DNA from: an uncultured Gammaproteobacteria bacterium
Lineage (GTDB): Bacteria; Patescibacteriota; Microgenomatia; UBA12405
Length of the DNA stretch: 38,268 nucleotides
Reading direction: 5' to 3'
Assembly: GCA_964496075.1 (NCBI GenBank)
Contig: CAZBXB010000002.1
Span: forward strand, 1-38,268
Position numbers and translations under genes: made by a program. This document shows positions 16,914-24,241 of the stretch, one piece after another; within the stretch, counting starts at the first letter, position 1, and every line of letters begins with the position of its first letter. The notes beneath the pieces were generated by a model. The model did no database searches. It worked only from the letters and a program-made list of their open reading frames with translations, and was not told the DNA's origin.

Positions 16914-16937
16914 AATTGTTTAAATTTTGTAATATTT

Positions 16938-17990
16938 CTACCATTTAGGTATGAAATGTTTGACATTGTCCAGATTAATAACTACCTGGTGAGTTTGACC
17001 TTCGAAAATAAGTCTGGCGGCTTTTCTAACAAGCATTTCCAAGTTTCTCTTTAAAGTTCTGACTCCGGCATCAAAACCAAGAGGCCTAATAATATTTGGC
17101 CAAACAGAACTTTCTATCTTAATTTCATCTGCCTTAAGGCCGGCATCTTTTAGGACACTAGGGAGTAAATATTTTTGGCCAATAACTTGCTTTTCTTCGT
17201 CTGTATAAGAAGGCATGTTAATAATTTCTAATCTGTCTAAAACGGCAGTAGCAATTCTTTTGGTATTGTTACAGGTAGCACAAAAAATTGCTTGAGATAA
17301 ATCAAAAGGATAATCAATAAAATGATCGGTAAACTTATGATTTTGCTCAGGATCGAGTAATTCAACCAAAACACCCATAATGGTATTTAGAGACTCGTCG
17401 GCAACTCTATCGATTTCGTCAAGAAGGATAACAGGGTTATTGGTCTTTGTTTGTACTAAACCTTTTATAATTTGACCCGGCTCGGCTTCTGAATAAACTC
17501 TTGATTGACCTCTTAGATAAAGTGGATCTCCAAGTCCACCAAAAGGAATTCTAATTAATTTTCTACCCAACATTTCTGAAATTGAAACAGCCATAGTGGT
17601 TTTTCCGGTACCGACTAAACCAACAAAAAGTAGGATGGGGGCTCTGGCTTTTTGATCCGGCTGTCGGCTTTTTTGAAGAGCTAAAACGGAGACATATTCA
17701 AGTAACCTTTGTTTTATTTCCTCCAAGCCATAATGGTTTTGGTCAAGTTTTTCTCTGGCAAAATTTATATCTAAAATGTCTTGGCTGTCTTGATACCAAG
17801 GAAGTTGAATAATCCAATCTAAATATTTTTTGGTTTGTTGATACTTTTGCCAGAACTGGTCTGATTGTGAAGACATTTCCAGCTCCTCAAAAAGCTCGTT
17901 TACTTTTTGTGATAAAGCTTGGGGCAATTTGACGCTGGCGGTAAGCGATTTTAGCTTGTCTATGGCTTGTGTACTGTTTATTTGGGTCAC
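16938..17990 (-). CDS. Stand-alone Lon-type AAA+ module (no LAN N-domain and no S16 protease domain)
   Basis: The sequence appears to align by eye with E. coli Lon at roughly aa 260-590. Matching segments are YLDWIIQLPW, HYGLEEIKQRLLEYV, Walker A GLVGTGKTT, Walker B ILLDEID, LDPEQN, LDRLEII and AGVRTLKR. The ORF stops where the protease domain would begin. The start codon is GTG. Confidence 0.8.
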   Translation of the reverse strand: MTQINSTQAIDKLKSLTASVKLPQALSQKVNELFEELEMSSQSDQFWQKYQQTKKYLDWIIQLPWYQDSQDILDINFAREKLDQNHYGLEEIKQRLLEYVSVLALQKSRQPDQKARAPILLFVGLVGTGKTTMAVSISEMLGRKLIRIPFGGLGDPLYLRGQSRVYSEAEPGQIIKGLVQTKTNNPVILLDEIDRVADESLNTIMGVLVELLDPEQNHKFTDHFIDYPFDLSQAIFCATCNNTKRIATAVLDRLEIINMPSYTDEEKQVIGQKYLLPSVLKDAGLKADEIKIESSVWPNIIRPLGFDAGVRTLKRNLEMLVRKAARLIFEGQTHQVVINLDNVKHFIPKW

Positions 17991-18013
17991 TTATTTAATG
18001 ATAGCAGAGACAT

Positions 18014-20236
18014 TTAAGATCGTGGGCGTCTATACCTATTGTTGGTAGGTGGCCTGAACTTGCCAATTGAATCCGATTGTCTGGCCGGTTGATTAACTCG
18101 ATTATTGTCAGGACGGGGAGAACTGGCTTGAGCCGGATGATTTTGCTTAAATTCAGGAGCTGAAAGCTTTATTTGATTTTCCTGATTTCTACCTGAAACT
18201 TTAACATGAATGATATCACCTAGTTTAACTATGGAATTAATATCCTGAATAAAACCACCTGATAACTCTGAAACATGCAAAAGAGCTTCTTTGCCCGGTA
18301 CCATTTCCACAAATACTCCGTATGGCTCAATTCTAACCACCTTGCCGTCAAACTCTTCACCGGTTTCGATTTCTCTGATCATATTTCTAATTTCTTCGGC
18401 ACAATTGTTGGTTTTGTCAAAATCGTTTGAACTGATTGAGGCAACACCATCATCGTCTATGTCGATTTGAACAGCATACTTTTTCATTAAACCCTTGATG
18501 ACCTTACCACTTGAGCCAATGACTTCACCAATTTTATCTTCAGGCAGTCTAACTATAACTACTTTTGGAGCCAGAGGTGAAAGTTGGGATCTGGGTTTGT
18601 CAATAACTTTGGCCATGGAGTCAAGAACTGATAGCCTAGCAATAGTACTGGCCTTGAAGGTCTTTTGGATCATGTCTAAAGTCAGGCCCGGCCTTTTGAC
18701 ATCAAGTTGGATAGCTGTAATGCCAGTTCTGGTACCGGTAATTTTGAAATCCATATCGCCATTGTGGTCTTCGATACCGGCAATATCTGTTAAAAGAGTA
18801 TATTTATCGTCTCCATCCGAAACCATACCAATTGAAATACCAGCCACCATATCTGTGATAGGAACACCGGCATCCATCAAACTGAGGGTAGAGCCACAAG
18901 TGCTGGCCATTGAGGATGAGCCGTTTTGAGATAAAACTTCTGAGTTAATGATAATGGTATAGGGAAAGACATCTTCTGTGGGAATGACGGCACTAAGAGC
19001 CTTTTCGGCCAAGGCACCGTGACCAATTTCCCTTCTACCGGGCCTACCGACCCGACCGGTTTGGCCGGTGGAAAATGGCGGAGCATTGTAATAGTGCATA
19101 TACCTTTTTGAAACTTCACCAGTTGAACTATTGGCATAAATTTTTTCAGCCAAAGAACCAAGAACAACTGTGCTTAAAGCCTGAGTTAAACCTCTTTGAA
19201 AAAGAGCTGAACCGTGAACTTGAGATAGGACTGAAGTATTAATAGTAATTGGTCTGACTTGATCCATCTTTCTACCGTCAAAACGCTTACCGGATAGAGT
19301 ACGGGCCCTAAGATGTTTTTTTACAACAGTGTCTAGAGCTTGTCTTAAAACATTTTCTTTGATTTCTTCAGATTTGATTTGATCTTGGTAGTCGAGCTTG
19401 AGAGCGTCAAAAATTAGCTGTTCTGATTGAATGTGTTTGCCGTCATCTTGACCGGACTCTAAGAATTTTTCGACTTCTTTGTTAACCTTAGTTTCAACTT
19501 GATCGATAAGCTCGTCAGTTGGGTCGGCATTGATATATTCGAATTTTTGTTTAGCAATTTTCTTGGCAATATCCTCGATTTGTTTGTTTATTTTTATATT
19601 AGCGTCGTTACCAGCCGTAATTGCCTCTAAAACCGTTTTGTTATCAACAATATTGGCACCGGCTTCGATCATATTGACTCCAAAGGGACCAGTACAAACG
19701 ATAAGATCTAAGTCTGAACTATCCAGTTGTTGGTTGGTGGGATTTAAGACTAGCTTTTTATCGACCAAAGCAACTTGAGTAGCAGATACAGGGGAATTAA
19801 AAGGAATGTCAGAAATAGCCAGAGCCAGAGCGGCTGCATTGAAAGCCGGGATAATAAGGCCATTTTCTTTGTTGTTACCTAGAACGTTAATAACGATTTG
19901 AACTTCGTTTTTGAAGCCAGCAGGGAAAAGTGGTCTTAGGGACCTGTCTATCAATCTACCTAATAGAATTGATTCGTCGTTCCAGCCGCCTTCTCTTTTT
20001 TGCCAACGGCTACTTTTGATAATACCACCGGCATAAAGCTTGTCGGCAAATTCGACTGATAAAGGAAAATAGTCTTTTTCTTCATCGACTCGTCCGGCCG
20101 TGACTGTGGCCAAAACCGTAGTACCAGCTAAAGTGGCCATAACAGCGGCGTTGGCTTGAGGAGCGAATGGCTGGTGTTTAATTATTAAATCCTTTCCAGG
20201 CGAAAGGTTGATTTTAAGTGATGTGTTTTTGTCCAT
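18014..20236 (-). CDS. pnp: Polyribonucleotide nucleotidyltransferase (PNPase) with an Arg/Pro/Asn-rich C-terminal tail
   Basis: Two RNase PH domains, a KH domain (GEVIGSSGKVIKGL) and an S1 domain (GKVVRIEPYGVFVEM) are present. The track start is 20242; the second ATG at 20236 fits the promoter geometry. Confidence 0.94.
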   Translation of the reverse strand: MDKNTSLKINLSPGKDLIIKHQPFAPQANAAVMATLAGTTVLATVTAGRVDEEKDYFPLSVEFADKLYAGGIIKSSRWQKREGGWNDESILLGRLIDRSLRPLFPAGFKNEVQIVINVLGNNKENGLIIPAFNAAALALAISDIPFNSPVSATQVALVDKKLVLNPTNQQLDSSDLDLIVCTGPFGVNMIEAGANIVDNKTVLEAITAGNDANIKINKQIEDIAKKIAKQKFEYINADPTDELIDQVETKVNKEVEKFLESGQDDGKHIQSEQLIFDALKLDYQDQIKSEEIKENVLRQALDTVVKKHLRARTLSGKRFDGRKMDQVRPITINTSVLSQVHGSALFQRGLTQALSTVVLGSLAEKIYANSSTGEVSKRYMHYYNAPPFSTGQTGRVGRPGRREIGHGALAEKALSAVIPTEDVFPYTIIINSEVLSQNGSSSMASTCGSTLSLMDAGVPITDMVAGISIGMVSDGDDKYTLLTDIAGIEDHNGDMDFKITGTRTGITAIQLDVKRPGLTLDMIQKTFKASTIARLSVLDSMAKVIDKPRSQLSPLAPKVVIVRLPEDKIGEVIGSSGKVIKGLMKKYAVQIDIDDDGVASISSNDFDKTNNCAEEIRNMIREIETGEEFDGKVVRIEPYGVFVEMVPGKEALLHVSELSGGFIQDINSIVKLGDIIHVKVSGRNQENQIKLSAPEFKQNHPAQASSPRPDNNRVNQPARQSDSIGKFRPPTNNRYRRPRS

Positions 20237-20261
20237 ATACATATAATATTTAATTCGTTTC

Positions 20262-20335
20262 CGAAGCTATATCCACTCTAAACTTGATTGAAAGCATTTT
20301 TTGCGCTCAATTAAATTCAGAGTATGACATCTTCG
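20262..20335 (-). promoter_or_regulatory. Long imperfect stem-loop in the rpsO-pnp intergenic region
   Basis: Arms of 21 nt at 20275-20295 and 20303-20323 flank a 7-nt loop. CGAAG/CTTCG (20262-20266 / 20331-20335) extend the stem. Three of the non-Watson-Crick positions become G-U pairs only in the minus (sense) RNA. Confidence 0.5.
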
Positions 20336-20367
20336 TAACTAAAAGTAGTATACACCATTATCAAAGT

Positions 20368-20637
20368 TTATTTCTTCAAACCGACTTTTTTGATGAGTTC
20401 TTGATATCTTTTGGCATCCATACCGGTAAGGTATTTTAAAAGTCTTCTTCTTTTGGCAAGTTTGTTAATTAATGCCCTTTTACTGGGATGATCGTGTTTA
20501 TTGACTTCGATGTGGCTTTTGAGATTGTCGATTTCAAAACTAAGAAGTCCTACTTGAACTTCTGGAGAGCCGGTATCACCCTTTTCGGTAGAGAATTTTT
20601 CAATAACTGCTTTTTTGTCTGCTTTACTTATGGCCAT
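20368..20637 (-). CDS. rpsO: 30S ribosomal protein S15
   Basis: The 89-aa product contains GDTGSPEVQVGLLS and HDHPSKRALINKLAKRRRLLKYL, which are canonical S15 segments. Confidence 0.95.
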   Translation of the reverse strand: MAISKADKKAVIEKFSTEKGDTGSPEVQVGLLSFEIDNLKSHIEVNKHDHPSKRALINKLAKRRRLLKYLTGMDAKRYQELIKKVGLKK

Positions 20638-20678
20638 AATTACAACTTTTTACCAGTAAAAATTAATTGTCTAGACTT

Positions 20679-20744
20679 GGCGGTTTCGACACCGGATAAA
20701 AGTATGGAGTATTGTAACACAAACTTCGGTTGTGATGTTCCGCC
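20679..20744 (-). promoter_or_regulatory. Candidate structured rpsO 5' leader
   Basis: GGCGG (20744-20740) can pair with CCGCC (20683-20679), enclosing about 55 nt with internal helices. Candidate promoters are TTGTGT-N16-TAATAT (20780-20753) and TGtTACAAT (20719-20711). Confidence 0.3.
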
Positions 20745-20782
20745 TATGGAAAATATTATGTGTATCTTGGAATAACACAAAC

Positions 20783-21619
20783 TTAAACGCTACCGACCGG
20801 GTTGGATTTGTTAGTGCCGGGAGTACCGGATTTGTTTTCAATGCCCTCAATTGGGGTTGAGGCCAAAGGATCGGGTTGACCGGGAAGTGGTTGAGTAGCT
20901 CTTAGACAAGTAGCACCAGCTTCAAAACTTTCGGGGGAAACATTGACAGAAAAAGACTGAGTGGCAACCCTAAGGCCGATTAGTAAGTTTTTACCGGAAT
21001 CCATATCCAGCTCTATACCTAAGAGAGGAAGTAAGAAAGTAAAAATTTCGCAAAAAGGAGCGCTAGGATCAACTATAGTGGCTTTGGCCCAGGTCTTATT
21101 GACTGGCCTGTCTGAAATGATAACCCAATTGCCACGATTGACAATATCAGTGTTTTGACCAAGAGACGCTTCGTCACCTAAGATAAAAGAAATATCAGCA
21201 CTTGAGCCACCGTTTTGGATATTGATTTTACTATTGTCAATTTGGCCTGAAGTTGGCTTAGTTTGAACAACTAAATTTAGCTTACCGCCGTCATCATTGT
21301 AGGAAACTTTTTCGATTTGATCTAAGGGGTGATCAACAGTAATGGTTAAGTCGTTTTTGCTAATTTGGTTACTAATTAGATCTAGACCACTTAATTTTGA
21401 ATAGTTATTATCAGTGGCTTGGGGAGTAAAGACAGACACTTGCTTGCCTTGCTTTTTGAGACCGATTGCCAAGCTTAAGCCAGCAGCTACCGAATCGATG
21501 TTGGTTTGAGGCACAACGATTAGGGTGGTTTTGGCGTTGTCTAGAAGACTTTTAATGTCATTTACCTGATAATTTTTCATTGATTTGGGAGTAGAATTAT
21601 TAATTATATTATCTCTCAT
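20783..21619 (-). CDS. DHH-domain-like protein (NrnA-like fold) with degenerate catalytic motifs
   Basis: The pattern resembles the NrnA N-domain by eye: LIVVPQTNIDSVAAGLSLAIGLKKQGKQVSVF, FILGDEAS, and VIISDRP where DHH is expected. The ATGA overlap with the infB stop (21616-21619) indicates co-translation. Confidence 0.6.
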   Translation of the reverse strand: MRDNIINNSTPKSMKNYQVNDIKSLLDNAKTTLIVVPQTNIDSVAAGLSLAIGLKKQGKQVSVFTPQATDNNYSKLSGLDLISNQISKNDLTITVDHPLDQIEKVSYNDDGGKLNLVVQTKPTSGQIDNSKINIQNGGSSADISFILGDEASLGQNTDIVNRGNWVIISDRPVNKTWAKATIVDPSAPFCEIFTFLLPLLGIELDMDSGKNLLIGLRVATQSFSVNVSPESFEAGATCLRATQPLPGQPDPLASTPIEGIENKSGTPGTNKSNPVGSV

Positions 21620-23025
21620 TTTTCTTTTTTATAGGATATTATAACATCGCCCATTTTAAAATCAACATAAGGTTTAAAAGTAATACCACAATCAAGTCCT
21701 TGCTTGACCTGATCCATATCAACCTTAGCCTGTCTTATATTGTCAACTTTAGTGTCTTTTATGATTAAATCTTTTCTTTTGAGGTGGACAGTATCGCCTT
21801 TCTTGATAATTCCCTGGGTACATTTAAGACCGGCAATTCTGACTTTATCAATCTTAAATTCGGCAATAATTTCGCCTTGACCAGTGATGGTTTCATCAAT
21901 AGTGGGCTCGAGTATTTTTAGAACCTGTTTTTCAATTTCTTCCAATATTTCATAGATAATTTTTGTTTCAACGATAGAAACGCCTTCAGCTTTAGCAAGG
22001 GCCTTAACAGAGTTTAGGGAGGTGATATTGAAGGCAAATATTTGAGCATTTGAGGCTGAAGCTAAAAATATATCGTTGTCTAAAACAGGTCCGACTGAAG
22101 CAGATATTATTTTAACTTCATCCGACAGGCTATTAAGCAGGGCTTCAAGAGTACCTTGAGTATCGGCTTTAACAATGATGGGGATTTTGGGATCAGAAGT
22201 TTGTTCAATCCTGGTTGCTGCTTTGGTTGAAGTTTCCTTTTGAACAGTATCGGTTATTTTTTCACCAATTGGAGGAATATCAACAAAACCCAAAATTTGA
22301 ACCGGAGTTGAAGGCAGGGCCTGACTGATGGCTTTGTTGGTATAGTCGAAAAGTGCTTTGACTTTGGTGGTTACCTGACCAACAAAAATATCTTGACCAA
22401 CAGAAATGGTACCCGTGTTGACAATGGCTGTAGCAATGGCTCCTTTTGATTTGTCAATTCGAGATTCTATAATATAGGCTTGTAGCGGAGAGTCTGGTAG
22501 ATTTTCCAATTCCAAAACTTGAGAAGTAATAAGGATGGTATCAATTAACTTGTCTATAGCCTGACCGGACTTGGCTGAAACAGGAATACAGCTTATTTGG
22601 CCACCGAAACTTTCAGGCTGTAATTCATTTTCGGACAATTGTCCTAAAACCTTATCAACTAAAGCCGAAGATAGGTCGATTTTGTTGATAGCCACAATTA
22701 CAGGTAAATCAAATTCTTTAATAATACTAATACATTCTTTGGTTTGAGCCATAACGCCGTCAGTGGCTGATACAACCAGGACGACAATATCGGTGGCTAG
22801 ACCTCCCCTTTGTCTCATTTTTTTAAAAGCAGCGTGACCTGGGGTGTCAATAAAGGTGATTTTTTGATCTGGTTTAACTTCTACTTGATAGCTTGAAACG
22901 TGTTGAGTAATACCACCGGCCTCTTTATTCCAAGTGTTTGTTTGTCTGATTTTATCCAGAAGTGTGGTTTTACCATGATCGATGTGACCCATGAGAGTAA
23001 CCACCGGTGGTCTAAATTTGTTCAT
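21616..23025 (-). CDS. infB: Translation initiation factor IF-2, short form beginning at the G domain
   Basis: RPPVVTLMGHIDHGKTTLLD begins at residue 5. DTPGH and NKID are present. The 469-aa length covers the G domain through C2 only. Confidence 0.93.
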   Translation of the reverse strand: MNKFRPPVVTLMGHIDHGKTTLLDKIRQTNTWNKEAGGITQHVSSYQVEVKPDQKITFIDTPGHAAFKKMRQRGGLATDIVVLVVSATDGVMAQTKECISIIKEFDLPVIVAINKIDLSSALVDKVLGQLSENELQPESFGGQISCIPVSAKSGQAIDKLIDTILITSQVLELENLPDSPLQAYIIESRIDKSKGAIATAIVNTGTISVGQDIFVGQVTTKVKALFDYTNKAISQALPSTPVQILGFVDIPPIGEKITDTVQKETSTKAATRIEQTSDPKIPIIVKADTQGTLEALLNSLSDEVKIISASVGPVLDNDIFLASASNAQIFAFNITSLNSVKALAKAEGVSIVETKIIYEILEEIEKQVLKILEPTIDETITGQGEIIAEFKIDKVRIAGLKCTQGIIKKGDTVHLKRKDLIIKDTKVDNIRQAKVDMDQVKQGLDCGITFKPYVDFKMGDVIISYKKEK

Positions 23026-23043
23026 TGGCTCGTTTTTAAATTA

Positions 23044-24126
23044 CTAAGCGCTGTCTTTTTTGGACTTTTTAGTTTTTTTGACTTTTTTGGGCTTGTCGCT
23101 TTTTTTCTTAGATTTCTTTTCTTTTTTCGTTTCTTTTTCTTTTGTAGCAGAGATGTTAATATCTTTGTCAACTAATTGGCCGGCTAATCTAACGTTTTCT
23201 CCGCCGGTGCCAATAGCAAGAGCTAGCTGATCTTCGGGAACAGTAATGTTGGCAGTATCTTGATCCATGTCGACAATTTCAACGTCTTGGGCCGGTGATA
23301 GGGCCTCAATTAAAAATCTTTTAAGATCGTCTGAATAGAGAACAATATCAATTTTTTCGTTGTTGGGAACTTCATTTAGGACTGATTGGATTCGGCTACC
23401 TTTTTGACCAATACAGGAACCAACCGGATCAACTCCAGGCTGACTACTAGAAACAGCCACTTTGGAACGAATGCCGGCTGATCTGGCAATTTTTTCAATA
23501 AGTACGGATCCATTGGCAATTTCTGGTACTTCTCGCTGTAAAAGCTGACCGATAAATTCAGGATCAGATCTGGTTAAAATAATATCTCTTTTACCGGTTT
23601 CATCATCTTCCACAATGGACTTAACTAAAAACAAATTTCTGTCACCAAGATTAAATCTTTCTGATTTGACTTGCTCTTCTTTGGGAAGAATACCTTCGGC
23701 TTTACCTATACCTATGATAATTTTTTGAGGATCGATCTTGATAACATTACCGTTGACAAGAGTGCCAACTTTGTCCATAAAGGCGGCAATTAAAGTTTCT
23801 TTTTCGGCTAAATAAATTCTTTGGTCAATAACCTGTTTGGCAGTTTGGGCAGCGATACGACCAAAGCCCGGAGGAGTGACGTCTTTTTTGGCACCATCGG
23901 TGTCGAATTGGTAAACAATAAAGGAACCACTATCGGGAGACAGATTGACTTCAAACTCAACTTCATCGTCGATGTCGACGCCTTTTTCTTTTTGGTCTCT
24001 TTTGTAGGCGGAAATAAGACCGGCTTCGATTGAGTCAAGAATGGCTTGAGTATCAATATTTCTTTCACCGGCAATTTGGGCTACAGCAGCGGCAAATTCG
24101 GTTTTTGGTAATTTTTTTATATCCAT
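23044..24126 (-). CDS. nusA: Transcription termination/antitermination factor NusA with a Lys-rich C-terminal tail
   Basis: The N-terminal domain, S1 domain and two KH domains are present (GSCIGQKGSRIQ, ALAIGTGGENVRLA). The tail is KEKETKKEKKSKKKSDKPKKVKKTKKSKK. Confidence 0.92.
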   Translation of the reverse strand: MDIKKLPKTEFAAAVAQIAGERNIDTQAILDSIEAGLISAYKRDQKEKGVDIDDEVEFEVNLSPDSGSFIVYQFDTDGAKKDVTPPGFGRIAAQTAKQVIDQRIYLAEKETLIAAFMDKVGTLVNGNVIKIDPQKIIIGIGKAEGILPKEEQVKSERFNLGDRNLFLVKSIVEDDETGKRDIILTRSDPEFIGQLLQREVPEIANGSVLIEKIARSAGIRSKVAVSSSQPGVDPVGSCIGQKGSRIQSVLNEVPNNEKIDIVLYSDDLKRFLIEALSPAQDVEIVDMDQDTANITVPEDQLALAIGTGGENVRLAGQLVDKDINISATKEKETKKEKKSKKKSDKPKKVKKTKKSKKDSA

Positions 24127-24132
24127 TTTTTT

Positions 24133-24159
24133 AAAAAAAATAGGGACTTGCCTGTCCCC
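24133..24159 (-). terminator. Intrinsic-terminator-like hairpin 6 nt upstream of the nusA ATG
   Basis: The minus strand reads GGGAC-AGGCAA-GTCCC-TA-TTTTTTTT, followed by AAAAAA and then ATG. Confidence 0.55.
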
Positions 24160-24199
24160 ATATCAAAATACGTAATATAATATTTAATTTATCTGGGAA

Positions 24200-24208
24200 A
24201 GTATATCA
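24200..24208 (-). promoter_or_regulatory. Candidate extended -10 promoter for the nusA operon
   Basis: The minus strand reads TGaTATACT. This lies about 40 nt upstream of the terminator-like hairpin and about 35 nt downstream of the dnaJ stop. Confidence 0.35.
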
Positions 24209-24241
24209 TAAAAAACAAAACCTAAGCTTGTTTGTCGCTAT

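Noticed and set aside
18495-18929. A 144-aa plus-strand ORF inside pnp. Similar antisense ORFs occur at 19530-19778, 18877-19167 and elsewhere.
   Set aside because: It lies entirely antisense to, or out of frame with, a well-supported PNPase ORF. It has no recognisable motifs and a Ser/Leu/Pro-rich shadow composition typical of mirror frames.
23023-23046. nusA and infB are in the same reading frame, separated by only 7 codons. This raised the possibility of a NusA-IF2 read-through fusion that would restore an IF2 N-terminal Lys-rich region.
   Set aside because: The junction carries two consecutive stops (TAG TAA), which makes read-through very unlikely. Being in the same frame has a one-in-three chance expectation.
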